The notes below the pieces were generated by a model that was not told where the DNA came from, made no database searches, and was given only the letters and a program-made list of their open reading frames with translations. Positions 1 to 9,863 of a stretch of 64,000 nucleotides of DNA are shown here, in pieces (position 1 is the stretch's first letter; each line of letters begins with the position of its first letter). The DNA is from an uncultured Gammaproteobacteria bacterium (GTDB taxonomy: Bacteria; Patescibacteriota; Microgenomatia; UBA8517): positions 2,706 to 66,705 of the forward strand of contig CAZCXV010000005.1 in assembly GCA_964502815.1 (NCBI GenBank), given 5' to 3'. The position numbers and the translations under genes were made by a program.

Positions 1-1
1 T

Positions 2-67
2 GACCCAGTTCAAAGAAAAATTTCCTTAGGTATGGTCTTAACTACTAAGCCAGTTAACTATAGATGA
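2..67 (+). CDS. 3' end of upstream gene, probably an S1-domain RNA-binding protein (ribosomal protein S1-like); partial
   Basis: Frame 2 reads DPVQRKISLGMVLTTKPVNYR-TGA; D..R[KR]ISL resembles the end of an S1 repeat. Confidence 0.5.
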   Translation, partial: DPVQRKISLGMVLTTKPVNYR

Positions 68-113
68 ACTTCTTTGATCTTGTAAAACCGTTTGCTTAAA
101 GGTATAACTACTT

Positions 114-1430
114 GTGACCAAAGTAACCTCAAAGTTTGTTTGCCAACAATGCGGCTATGAAACTTCTAAATGGATGGGAAAATGCCCTGACTGCAATTCT
201 TGGAACTCACTAGTTGAAACTCTAGTTGAGACAAGAAGTGGAAGTAAAGGCACACAAAGAAATTCAACGCCACTTCTTAAGCCTCAAAAGTTAATAGAAA
301 TAAAGTTAAATAAAAACCAAAGACAAACAACCAACATTTCAGAACTTGATAGAGTACTTGGTGGTGGAATCGTTTCTGGCCAGGTTATTTTAATTGCAGG
401 AGATCCTGGAATTGGTAAGTCGACTATTTTACTGCAAGTTGCTCAAGAGCTAGGAAAAGTATTGTATGTCTCGGGTGAAGAATCAGTTAGTCAGATAAAA
501 CTGCGGGCGGAAAGGTTAGACATAAAAAACAAAGACATAGAAGTATTGGAGGCAACTGATATCGATAGTATTATTGATAGTGCAAATGCCGAAAAGAAGG
601 ACTTAAGTTTACTTATCATAGACAGTATTCAAACAGTTTCAACTCAGGATCTTACTGGTCTGGCTGGCTCTGTTGGCCAAGTAAGGGAATCAGCTTTTAG
701 ACTTGTAAAATTTGCCAAGTCCAGCAGTATTGCTGTAATACTTGTGGGCCATGTTACTAAGGAAGGAACTGTAGCTGGGCCCTCGGTTTTGGCTCACATA
801 GTAGATAGTGTTATTTGGTTTGAAGGCGACAAAAGACTGCAATACCGACTTCTTCGGGCAATCAAAAATAGATTTGGTCCAACCGACGAGGTGGGTATTT
901 TTGAAATGAGTGACAGGGGTCTTATTTCGGTGACTGAAACTGCCAAATTATTTCTCTCGGAAGACAGGAGGTCAGTACCAGGATCAGTTACTACTTCTGT
1001 AATGGAAGGAACAAGACCAATTCTGATTGAAGTTCAATCACTTGTTGTTCCAACTAGAATGGCTTTTCCTAAAAGGGTAGCTCAAGGCATTGATGCCAAA
1101 AGAGTGGAACTAATCCTTGCAGTTTTACAGAGAAGGTGTGGACTTCCAGTTATGGACTTCGATGTTTTTGTCAATATAGTTGGAGGAGTAACAGTTAAAG
1201 ATCCAGCAGCTGACCTTGCGGTTGCTATTTCAATTGCTTCTGCCTATTTTGACAAGCCAGTTGCCAAAAACACTTTAGCAGTTGGAGAAGTAGATTTATT
1301 GGGAGATATTAGACCAGTTAGATTTATAGAAAAAATAACCAAGGATGCCAAAAGACAAGGCTTTAACCAGATTATCTCCAACAAGGAATATAAATACCTG
1401 ACGGATGCGATAAAAACACTTCTTAAGTAG
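114..1430 (+). CDS. radA: DNA repair protein RadA/Sms
   Basis: N-terminal C4 zinc finger (CQQCG..WMGKCPDC), Walker A GDPGIGKST, KNRFG motif, Lon-like C-terminal domain. Confidence 0.97.
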   Translation: MTKVTSKFVCQQCGYETSKWMGKCPDCNSWNSLVETLVETRSGSKGTQRNSTPLLKPQKLIEIKLNKNQRQTTNISELDRVLGGGIVSGQVILIAGDPGIGKSTILLQVAQELGKVLYVSGEESVSQIKLRAERLDIKNKDIEVLEATDIDSIIDSANAEKKDLSLLIIDSIQTVSTQDLTGLAGSVGQVRESAFRLVKFAKSSSIAVILVGHVTKEGTVAGPSVLAHIVDSVIWFEGDKRLQYRLLRAIKNRFGPTDEVGIFEMSDRGLISVTETAKLFLSEDRRSVPGSVTTSVMEGTRPILIEVQSLVVPTRMAFPKRVAQGIDAKRVELILAVLQRRCGLPVMDFDVFVNIVGGVTVKDPAADLAVAISIASAYFDKPVAKNTLAVGEVDLLGDIRPVRFIEKITKDAKRQGFNQIISNKEYKYLTDAIKTLLK

Positions 1431-1439
1431 GATTATAAG

Positions 1440-1459
1440 TTATTCACGAGTTATCCACA
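1440..1459 (+). promoter_or_regulatory. Tandem DnaA-box-like pair
   Basis: TTATTCACG (1440-1448) and perfect TTATCCACA (1451-1459), 2 nt apart. Confidence 0.45.
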
Positions 1460-1594
1460 AAGACTAATGTCGTTACAATAAGAGCCTAAATAAGGCCATT
1501 TTTCAATACTATATATTATAGGTCTGGTATATATGTTAGGTATTCTATAATATAGGATTTGACAAAGAGAAGGGAGTGGTACTAAAATAGATTT

Positions 1595-1838
1595 GTACCT
1601 TTTAGCAAAGAAAAAAGAGCATCGCAGTCGATAGGTTTTGGGTCTACAGAAACTAGATTCCAAACTATCTACGAACAGAAATGCTCTTTTTAGATGTAGC
1701 ATCACTTTAAAATGATGATACATGCATAGACTAGAGACATTAATTTATCTTGTCAATAGTGGTTTCGGCCTTGGAATGAACGGGTGGAGAGTAGGGCAGG
1801 CTTACTACCCGTTCATTCTGGGGCTGATTTTTTGTTTT
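1595..1838 (+). ncRNA. Candidate structured non-coding RNA or leader
   Basis: Promoter TTGACA(1559)-18-TAAAAT(1583); stems 1612-1622/1681-1691, 1630-1634/1665-1669, 1694-1704/1713-1723 and 1767-1785/1807-1825, then a T-tract. Confidence 0.45.
1767..1838 (+). terminator. Long hairpin with T-tract, intrinsic terminator-like
   Basis: GAATGAACGGGT/ACCCGTTCATTC perfect 12-bp arms, extended by G-U pairs that work only on + strand, followed by TTTTTTGTTTT. Confidence 0.6.
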
Positions 1839-1912
1839 CAGACAAAATTTTCATATTCTCCTTACCCCATAATTTGCTTTTTTTGACAAAAATACCTATA
1901 ATATTTAACATA

Positions 1913-3883
1913 ATGACCGAGAGAAATCAGAAAAAGGACCAAAAAGATATGTTCGGTAAGTATGATTCTGATGGGGAGTGGGATGAAAGTTTAGAAAAAC
2001 AGTTGCCCGATTGGACAAGACAATTGAGTTCCACAAATGACACGATTTCGAGTGTTTCAACAATGTCGAGCCCTAAATCTTCTCCAGTTTCCACTTCTGT
2101 TGTGTCATCAAGGCCAGAAGAGCTAGAAGAACCTGTTGCAGAAGTAAAAACCAAGAAACATGGCCGTAGAAATAGATTAGTTGCTGTTGGTACAGCTGGT
2201 GGTTTGGTTTTATGTCTAGGTGCTCTTTTGCTTGGAGATGAGATTGGTAATATTGCAACAAATATTTCTGATAAGTTACCCAGATTCAACCCTAAGGGCA
2301 CTGCAACAGAATCTGGACAAGTCATTGCAGCAGAAAGTACAGCCACTAGCACTGTAACAGCTTTGCCGTCAGACACCCCTTCTCCAACTGCCTCCTTACC
2401 TCCAGCAAGTGAAACAGTTGCACCATCTACGATGCCTGATACGCCAGCACCCACTGCAACATCAAGTGAAATTATTGATCAAAGAGAATGGAAGGGAGAA
2501 AATGGATACAATGAAAATGGAACAGGCTATCCTGCATGGTTGACTATTCAACAACTACTTAGCGACTATCCATATAAAGATCAACTAACTCGCAAAAATT
2601 CATTACTGACTTCATTAACAAGACCATTTGAAGACTCAGATGCAGATGTTGGTAAGACCCCAGACAACGAACCTGGGATGGGACATGATAAGGGCGATAT
2701 TGAAGCTTACAAGAACCTATATGAAGATGTTATGAAAAATGTTGGATCTATAACTGTAGATCAAATATTGAGGGTAAATGATGAAGGGTTGTTGACTGCT
2801 GGTGTTTATGGTTATACGCACGACCGAGACCCTGAATTTTTATATTTGGTAACTGGATGGGCTGTTCACCAAAATCCAGAGTTGTTTAAAAAACCAGATG
2901 GCAGTTTCATGACCTTAGCTGAAGCTTGGACAAGCAACAAAACTTTCTCAACTCTTAGAAATTTACAACTGAATGCAGTTAGAGAGACACAAAAACAGTT
3001 CACTGGATTGTCGCAAGAAGAAAAAGACAGAAGGGATGGTAATAAAATATATCAACTTGATGCTTCTAGAGAAATTCCTAGCAGACTCCGTTTTGATGAT
3101 GGCCACATTTCTTGTGTGATTTGGATGCAAAACGGTGTTCAGAAATCTCGCCCTGTTCTTTATCAAAGTGGACAAAATAATACCTTTGAAACAGCTAATA
3201 GTGATACGGCACGAAGCCTGGTGGTTATGACAATTAATCCAGAAACTGGAGTGTTTGATATAGATGAACGCGACATTCGAGGATACAGTGGCAGTGCTGG
3301 AGTTAGTGGAGATGAAAATTCAATAACGGGTGACAATAAACTTCCTTGTGGAAATGGCCAAGGTGCTTCCGAAGTCCCAAGTCCTATTCCATCAGCCACC
3401 TCTAGCGTTATTACCACAGCCTATCCAACCTACACTCCAACTGCTCCAGCACAAGGAAACACTCCTGAAGTTGTTGCTACATCAACTACAACCTCTGCAA
3501 CTAGAACACCCAGGCCAACAAATACGCCTGAAATAGTGAATACACCGACTCCAGGCTCTACCCAAATTGCAACTGCTACTGCAACTAACTTACCTCCAGC
3601 TACAGAAACACCAAGATCAACCGAAGATCAACCTCCAACTCCAGGCTTTACACAAGTTGCTACTCAAAGGCCAACAGAGGAGCCAACTTCAGAGTCAACA
3701 GTTGAAAGTGTGGGATACCCAAGAGCAAGTTATATTGATAGACACAACGATAAACCTGAGACTTATTATGATAATAAAAAACATAATGCACAGGTAGGAC
3801 GCAGAAATCAAAAAAGGGATACTTTTGGATTTAGAAATAAAATTGACCATAAAAGTCAACCATATAAGCATAGAAAATATTGA
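1913..3883 (+). CDS. Single-pass membrane protein with Ser/Thr/Pro-rich linkers, unknown function
   Basis: ATG 1913 lies just after TTGCTT-17-TATAAT; TM segment LVAVGTAGGLVLCLGALLLG; PT-rich tracts flank a globular region. Confidence 0.75.
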   Translation: MTERNQKKDQKDMFGKYDSDGEWDESLEKQLPDWTRQLSSTNDTISSVSTMSSPKSSPVSTSVVSSRPEELEEPVAEVKTKKHGRRNRLVAVGTAGGLVLCLGALLLGDEIGNIATNISDKLPRFNPKGTATESGQVIAAESTATSTVTALPSDTPSPTASLPPASETVAPSTMPDTPAPTATSSEIIDQREWKGENGYNENGTGYPAWLTIQQLLSDYPYKDQLTRKNSLLTSLTRPFEDSDADVGKTPDNEPGMGHDKGDIEAYKNLYEDVMKNVGSITVDQILRVNDEGLLTAGVYGYTHDRDPEFLYLVTGWAVHQNPELFKKPDGSFMTLAEAWTSNKTFSTLRNLQLNAVRETQKQFTGLSQEEKDRRDGNKIYQLDASREIPSRLRFDDGHISCVIWMQNGVQKSRPVLYQSGQNNTFETANSDTARSLVVMTINPETGVFDIDERDIRGYSGSAGVSGDENSITGDNKLPCGNGQGASEVPSPIPSATSSVITTAYPTYTPTAPAQGNTPEVVATSTTTSATRTPRPTNTPEIVNTPTPGSTQIATATATNLPPATETPRSTEDQPPTPGFTQVATQRPTEEPTSESTVESVGYPRASYIDRHNDKPETYYDNKKHNAQVGRRNQKRDTFGFRNKIDHKSQPYKHRKY

Positions 3884-3916
3884 TTCCTAGAATAAGAAAG
3901 CCTATAATTTGCAAAA

Positions 3917-5422
3917 ATGAAAGTATTAAGAAAAATGTCACTTAAAAAGTCACTTGCTATCTATTTAGTTTTATTTAGTCTATCTGTTTTTGCCCTAAAC
4001 TTTATTAGAACAAAGATTCTTCTGGCGCAAACCTTAAGGGGAACTGATGCAACATTTGATATCTTTAATGGAACAAACTTTGGCGCAGGCAGTGGCTGGG
4101 TAGATCCAGTATCAGCAAATATCAATGAAGGAATTCAGGGTAAAATTACGGCTTGGAATACTGAAGAAGGAACAAATGCGGTTTACACTAAAGTCAGAAT
4201 TGAAATACCAGTAAGTGTTGGGACATCTCACCAGATAATTGCTCATCTTTGGGCCGATAATGCAGCTGAAGTTACAGATACATTAACTATAAATACTACG
4301 GTTCCAACTAGAATTGTGTATCAACCAGGCCATGCAGTGGTTTATTCTCCAGCATGTCCCAATTCATGTCCAATTACAGATAACGCTTTGATTGGGTCTG
4401 GTGTTACTATAGGAAACATCTTAAGTGGCGGAACTGAAAGTGCACAGGTTCATTTTAAAGTGACTATTCTTGAACCAGAACCAACACCAACACCAACTGC
4501 CACGCCTACAGCCACACCGACAAGTACGCCAACTGCTACTCCAACTAGTACTCCCACAAGTACGCCTACAGCCACACCAACCATGACTCCAACTAGTACT
4601 CCTACGGCTACCCCCACTCTTACACCTACAATAACACCAACTGCCACCCCAACAGCAACTCCTACTCCTGATACTCAATTAAAACTTTGTAAATATGAAG
4701 ATGATAATGGGGACGGGGATAGGGATAGTGGTGAAAATGTCCTAAGTTGGAGATTTAGAGTTACTTATAATGGGGTCGTCAGGGATATAGATAGCCACTG
4801 GTGGAATCTTTTTAGCCAAGGTTGTGTAATTATCGATGTTCCTGCAAATACATCTATCACAGTTGAAGAAGAGGGTAGGGCTGGCTGGAGACTAACGGAC
4901 TTGTGGCAAGATGGCCAAAGGGTGAATAACCAAGCAACTTATTCCTACATTTCAAATATTGACAATGTAAAAGTGCTCTGGTTTTTGAACACTTTTACTC
5001 CAGGAGTAACCAATGAAACCAGTAGTTGCGATGATTTGGATGCAGCCCCAACTTCGGGAACAGAAGACCTGACGGTGGCATTTACTGGAAGGGGAGCAAA
5101 CTCAAATGGCTCAATAGACCAATATGAATTTAATTTTGGCGACGGAAATATTACTTCCCAAAGCTCAAACACAGTTTCTCACATCTATTATAATTCTGGA
5201 AGCTATAACGCAAGTCTTAAAGTAAAAGACTCAAGGGGTAACTGGCTATCAAGTGATAATTGTAAATTGACTATAAACGTCAATGCCAAGCCGCAAGTCT
5301 TGGGAACAACTTCTCCAAAGGAGCTGCCAAAAACTGGAGCTACTGGACTGATGTTTATAACTTCTTCATTAATCTCAGTTACATCTGGCATCTACCTATT
5401 TAGAAAGTTTAGATTAGTTTGA
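3917..5422 (+). CDS. LPXTG sortase substrate with Pro-Thr linker and PKD domain
   Basis: Signal peptide, (PT)n tract, PKD-like YEFNFGDG..SHIY..GSY motif, C-terminal LPKTG plus hydrophobic helix plus RKFR tail. Confidence 0.88.
   Translation: MKVLRKMSLKKSLAIYLVLFSLSVFALNFIRTKILLAQTLRGTDATFDIFNGTNFGAGSGWVDPVSANINEGIQGKITAWNTEEGTNAVYTKVRIEIPVSVGTSHQIIAHLWADNAAEVTDTLTINTTVPTRIVYQPGHAVVYSPACPNSCPITDNALIGSGVTIGNILSGGTESAQVHFKVTILEPEPTPTPTATPTATPTSTPTATPTSTPTSTPTATPTMTPTSTPTATPTLTPTITPTATPTATPTPDTQLKLCKYEDDNGDGDRDSGENVLSWRFRVTYNGVVRDIDSHWWNLFSQGCVIIDVPANTSITVEEEGRAGWRLTDLWQDGQRVNNQATYSYISNIDNVKVLWFLNTFTPGVTNETSSCDDLDAAPTSGTEDLTVAFTGRGANSNGSIDQYEFNFGDGNITSQSSNTVSHIYYNSGSYNASLKVKDSRGNWLSSDNCKLTINVNAKPQVLGTTSPKELPKTGATGLMFITSSLISVTSGIYLFRKFRLV
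4483..4668 (+). repeat. Pro-Thr low-complexity tandem repeat (PTxT units)
   Basis: PTPTPTATPTATPTSTPT... encoded by degenerate 12-nt units. Confidence 0.85.
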
Positions 5423-5429
5423 ATAGGAT

Positions 5430-6152
5430 ATGTATCCCAGAGGTGTAATATATCAATTTGGAGTTTCTAAAAGACGGGGAGTAATAAGTATCAAAGCCCC
5501 TCTTGGAGTTAGGGCTGCCTATTTCTTGTTTAGAGGTCTGGGGGCAGGCTTCATTGGTTTTGCCGTTATGGCCTTCGTTTTCACTTTTGGGCCTCCAATT
5601 AAGGAAGAATTAAACTACCGACTGGTCAAAAAAGATGATCTTGATTATCTTGAACAACTCAAGTTTGCCCAGGCTCAAAAAACCTCAGATATTCAGGAAG
5701 AAGCTAAAGCCCTAGGTCTTGACTCCTATTTCTCTTTGTATATCCCAAAGCTAGAAGCTAAAGCCAAAATAATTTCCAATGTTGACCCAACTGCCAAAGA
5801 AGAATACCTCTCTTCCCTGCAAAAAGGCGTTGCCCACGCCAGAGGGACGCATTTTCCAGGCCAAGGGAGTTTAATATATCTTTTTGCCCACTCAACTGAC
5901 TCCCCAGTCAATTTTACCAGATATAACGCTGTTTTTTACCTTCTCTCAAAGCTGGAACAAGGGGATATCGTTACGGTTTACTTTGCAGACAAGAAGTATG
6001 TGTACCGAGTATCGGATAAAGTATTAGCCAAGGCTGAAGATACCTCTTGGCTGACAAAGGAATATGGTGAGGAAGTGTTAGTCCTGCAGACTTGTGATCC
6101 TCCAGGAACTACTTGGAATAGACTTTTGGTTATTGCCAAACCCATCCCATAG
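5430..6152 (+). CDS. Sortase
   Basis: N-terminal TM; catalytic His (FAHS), LQTC and Arg (NRLLV). Confidence 0.93.
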   Translation: MYPRGVIYQFGVSKRRGVISIKAPLGVRAAYFLFRGLGAGFIGFAVMAFVFTFGPPIKEELNYRLVKKDDLDYLEQLKFAQAQKTSDIQEEAKALGLDSYFSLYIPKLEAKAKIISNVDPTAKEEYLSSLQKGVAHARGTHFPGQGSLIYLFAHSTDSPVNFTRYNAVFYLLSKLEQGDIVTVYFADKKYVYRVSDKVLAKAEDTSWLTKEYGEEVLVLQTCDPPGTTWNRLLVIAKPIP

Positions 6153-6155
6153 TAC

Positions 6156-6184
6156 TTGACAAAGCTTTTTTTGTATCCTATAAT
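6156..6184 (+). promoter_or_regulatory. Consensus sigma70 promoter, leaderless
   Basis: TTGACA-17 nt-TATAAT, ATG 7 nt downstream at 6192. Confidence 0.85.
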
Positions 6185-6191
6185 TCCCCAG

Positions 6192-7268
6192 ATGTACAAA
6201 AAGCTTGCCTTTACAGCTTTAATAGTTGCCCTAGTAGCCGGGTTTATTTTCTTTGGAAAACTTCTAGTAAAAGCTGCAACCTCGGTTTCTTTCGATCCAG
6301 CAGTAGTAGCTGTTAATCCTGGGGATTCTGTAACTGGTGATGGCAGTTTGATGTGTGGACTAATCATCGGAAATAGCGGAGAAAACACCGTTTCCTACAT
6401 TCAAGAAGGAACCCAACCTTCAGCTTATGGAGCAAACAATAGCGATGTCGATCTAAATAGCTTCCAAAATGGCTGTTTGCCAAAAGGTTTTGGAATTGCC
6501 GATTTGGGGGATGGAAGTAGCGCGATGAGTAAAACTCATTTGTATGACTTTAGTTTTTCGGCTGGAACTACAGTCAACGCTTTTTCAATCTCTATTTCTG
6601 ACTGGGGAGATTACTTGCCAAATGTCAAAGGAATGGCAGGTCGCCATGAAATGATTCTTACCGCCTATGATTCTGCTAATACAGTACTTGATACTGCAAG
6701 TTTAGTTTTTGATACAGATTATAACGCCAAAGCCGTAAATAGAAATTCTCCACAATTTGGGGCAATGACTAGGGCAGGAGACGCCTGTCAGGCAACCTCT
6801 GGCCAGCCGGGAAACTTTACTTTAACTGTTAATGGATCTGGAATCGCCAGAGTTGAGCTAAGATATGCCGATGCCCAAAGTTATGATCCAAATATTGGGA
6901 TTTCTGACATTACCTATGTTTTAGAGGATGGCGCTGTTGCAACTAGATGTGCTGGAACACCAGTTACTTCACCTGTACAAAATGATATGTGTGCAAATAT
7001 CGAAGGAGTTCAAACCAGTGTTCCAAACGACTATCATATCGACGCTTCGGGCAGAAACTGCGTCCAATATCAATTGGGTGGAGCACCACAAAACAGTGGA
7101 TCAAATAGTGGCCAGGTTTTAGGAACAACTACAACCAAAACAGGATCTGTCCTGGGAGTATCTACTTTGGGAAGTACTGGAAGCTTAGATGACCTAATGA
7201 ATATTGTTTTTACCTTAGGCGCAGGCTCAGTCGCCTTTGGGCTTAGAAAATCCTCTCTTGACAAATAA
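6192..7268 (+). CDS. Secreted protein, probable non-canonical sortase substrate (LGSTG)
   Basis: Signal peptide MYKKLAF..; C-terminal LGSTG plus hydrophobic segment plus RK tail; next to sortase. Confidence 0.75.
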   Translation: MYKKLAFTALIVALVAGFIFFGKLLVKAATSVSFDPAVVAVNPGDSVTGDGSLMCGLIIGNSGENTVSYIQEGTQPSAYGANNSDVDLNSFQNGCLPKGFGIADLGDGSSAMSKTHLYDFSFSAGTTVNAFSISISDWGDYLPNVKGMAGRHEMILTAYDSANTVLDTASLVFDTDYNAKAVNRNSPQFGAMTRAGDACQATSGQPGNFTLTVNGSGIARVELRYADAQSYDPNIGISDITYVLEDGAVATRCAGTPVTSPVQNDMCANIEGVQTSVPNDYHIDASGRNCVQYQLGGAPQNSGSNSGQVLGTTTTKTGSVLGVSTLGSTGSLDDLMNIVFTLGAGSVAFGLRKSSLDK

Positions 7269-7332
7269 GGGTAATTTGGTAGTATATAGCTACTTTAAGT
7301 CTTCCTTGAAGTAAAGAAGTTTTCTTCCGAAA

Positions 7333-8550
7333 ATGAACGAAGATACACAATCTAATAATTCGCTTGTTGTAGATGACAGGATTTTGCCCGATTCAAACCT
7401 GCCTACAGAATATGTTGAGGGTCTTTTGGATATTGCCAATGAAGGCTCAGGACTTTTAAGGAGAAGTTACAATGGTACCGAAAAAGATGTCTATATCTCG
7501 GGCTCACAAATAAGAAGATTCATTCTGAAAAACGGTGATCTTGTTGGCGGCCTTGCCAGACGACCCAAGGAAAATGAAAGGTATTGGGGACTTTTAAAAG
7601 TTGAAACTGTAAATGCAATTCCAATTGAACAGATGTCTCAAGACCGACCAAGTTTTGACGATCTGACTGCAGTTTATCCCGATGAGCAGATTAAAACTGC
7701 AACTGGCTCTGAACCTCTGACGACTAGAGTAATTGACCTAATTGCTCCTATTGGCTTTGGTCAAAGGGCCTTGATTGTTTCCCCTCCAAAAGCGGGTAAG
7801 ACTTGGTTAATTAAAGACATCATGTCTGGCATTGCCCAAAACTATCCTGAAGGAAAAGAAAATGGCGTTCATTTAATGGCGGTTTTAATTGGGGAGAGAC
7901 CCGAGGAAGTAACCGATATTGGGCTGCATATGAAGAAGATTACCGAAGGTCGTGGAGAAGTTGCTTCCAGTAATTTTGATGAATCTCCAGAAAAGCAAAC
8001 CAGAATTTCAGAACTGGCTTTGGATAGAGCCAAAAGGTTGGTTGAAGTGGGTCAAGATGTGGTTATTGTTCTCGATTCTATAACCAGGCTTGCCAGAGCT
8101 TACAACCTTGCTCTTCCGACTTCGGGAAGAACTCTAACTGGGGGGTTTGATCCAATTGCTCTATTCCCAGCCAAGAAATTTTTTGGAGCTGCCAGAAAAA
8201 TCGATGGTGGTGGATCTTTAACCATTATTGGAACCTCTTTAGTTGAGACCGGCAGTAGGATGGATGACTTAATTTATGAAGAGTTTAAAGGGACAGGGAA
8301 CATGGAGCTTCATTTAGTCAGAAGGTTGGCTGAAAGAAGAGTCTTCCCGGCAATTGATGTCTCTAGGAGTGGGACTAGGCAAGAGGAACTTTTATATGGC
8401 ACAGATCTAATGCCAACCATTCTTACTTTAAGAAGAATGTTAGATATCTTGCACGATGATGAGCGAACAGAAAGCTTTTTAGAGCGACTTAGAAAAACCC
8501 AAAACAACGAAGAATTCCTGGCCACTTTAAAAACTGCTGCAAAAGAATAA
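7333..8550 (+). CDS. rho: Transcription termination factor Rho
   Basis: DVYIS.SQIRRF RNA-binding motif, [36 protein letters not shown]. Confidence 0.97.
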   Translation: MNEDTQSNNSLVVDDRILPDSNLPTEYVEGLLDIANEGSGLLRRSYNGTEKDVYISGSQIRRFILKNGDLVGGLARRPKENERYWGLLKVETVNAIPIEQMSQDRPSFDDLTAVYPDEQIKTATGSEPLTTRVIDLIAPIGFGQRALIVSPPKAGKTWLIKDIMSGIAQNYPEGKENGVHLMAVLIGERPEEVTDIGLHMKKITEGRGEVASSNFDESPEKQTRISELALDRAKRLVEVGQDVVIVLDSITRLARAYNLALPTSGRTLTGGFDPIALFPAKKFFGAARKIDGGGSLTIIGTSLVETGSRMDDLIYEEFKGTGNMELHLVRRLAERRVFPAIDVSRSGTRQEELLYGTDLMPTILTLRRMLDILHDDERTESFLERLRKTQNNEEFLATLKTAAKE

Positions 8551-8553
8551 TTT

Positions 8554-9690
8554 CTATTTTTTGACAAAATCAAGATAATTTTCTCTTGATATCAATTTTA
8601 CTTCAACTTTATAGAGATCTCTAAAAGTTTTTGGGGTAGTAATTTTTTTGCTTTTCCATTTGAACTCAAACGCTCTAATCTTATTTTCCTTTATTTCCAC
8701 CCAATCAACTTCTGCTTTTTCATAGCTTCTCCAAAAGAAGTTCTGAACAGTTTCTTGATTATATTCCTGTACCTTAAGGCGTTCTACAGCTAAGAAATTT
8801 TCCCAAATTTGTCCAATGTCTGGACGGATATCTAGAGAGGCAAACTGGCCAATCAATGAGTTTCTTACCCCAATATCCCAAAAGTAGTACTTTTTGCTCT
8901 TTACAACTTCAGTTCTTAAATTTCTGGAGAATGCTCCTAATTCAAAGATAATAAATCCGCTTTTTAATAAGTAGATATACTTAGATATTGTTTTAACGTC
9001 AACTTTAAGTTTTGTTGCCAATTCATTTAGAGAAACCTCAGAACCTAATTGGAAAGCAAGAAGAGTTGCTAGGTTTTTTATAACCTCTGGATAGGCTATT
9101 TGTTGTAAAGTTGTTATTTCTCTAAATAGATATTCATTTGCCAATTTTTGCAAATAAGCAATTTTTTCGGAAGGAGATCCTAGTTGAGTTAAATATGGAT
9201 ATCCGCCGAACAATAATTGATTTTCTAAAAGATATGGAGTTTGGTATTCTTCAAGATTTTCAGACAATTCAGTTGTTGAAAAAGGAAAAAGATGAAATTC
9301 ATTAATTCGTCCCGTAAGAGTTTCTTTCATGCCTGTTGCAAGATCTAGAGACGAAGAGCCTGTAACAATAACTTTTTTGTCTGGAAAGTTGTCAATAATT
9401 ATTTTTATAGACAGTGCAATGTTTGGAATCCTTTGTGCTTCGTCTATTGAGATGACGGAATAGGGCTTTACTAAGTTTTCTAGGTGCACTATGGAGGTAT
9501 TTCCTAAGGCATCTCTTGCTTCTTGAGTGTCGCCATTGAGATTTAAGACTTTTTGTAAGTCTTTTTCTAGAGAACTGACAACCTGATTTAAGAGTATAGT
9601 TTTTCCTACTCGTCTAGGACCATAAATTACGGTTACAAAACCAGGCTTAAAAGAATTCAAGATGACTGGAAAAAGCTGTCTTTGTATCAT
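8554..9690 (-). CDS. AAA+ ATPase (AAA_14 plus DUF4143, C-terminal PD-(D/E)XK-like)
   Basis: GPRRVGKT, IDEAQ, TGSSS, K.YFWDIG, EVDWV..FEFK. Confidence 0.9.
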   Translation of the reverse strand: MIQRQLFPVILNSFKPGFVTVIYGPRRVGKTILLNQVVSSLEKDLQKVLNLNGDTQEARDALGNTSIVHLENLVKPYSVISIDEAQRIPNIALSIKIIIDNFPDKKVIVTGSSSLDLATGMKETLTGRINEFHLFPFSTTELSENLEEYQTPYLLENQLLFGGYPYLTQLGSPSEKIAYLQKLANEYLFREITTLQQIAYPEVIKNLATLLAFQLGSEVSLNELATKLKVDVKTISKYIYLLKSGFIIFELGAFSRNLRTEVVKSKKYYFWDIGVRNSLIGQFASLDIRPDIGQIWENFLAVERLKVQEYNQETVQNFFWRSYEKAEVDWVEIKENKIRAFEFKWKSKKITTPKTFRDLYKVEVKLISRENYLDFVKK

Positions 9691-9863
9691 TCCATAAAAT
9701 CATATCAAATCTATGGAATCTTGTCAACATATTCGGTACTAATTTATGGAATCGGTCTCCAAAAGGTAGATTGAGTAAATTTGGGGTTTGTGGAAAAAAT
9801 TTGCTTCCCAACTACTGGCTTGATAGACTACACTGCAAGCTGTCCTTTTGCCTTGCCAGATAA

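Noticed and set aside
1451-1723. 90-aa minus-strand ORF
   Set aside because: No recognisable motif and it overlaps a strongly base-paired region better explained as RNA structure; not fully excluded because a promoter-like sequence precedes it
1784-1912. N-terminal extension of the 699-aa ORF
   Set aside because: Runs through the terminator hairpin and promoter; ATG 1913 is the more plausible start
4421-4678. Antisense ORFs with VGVAVG or Cys/Trp-rich repeats
   Set aside because: Shadow frames of the Pro-Thr repeat
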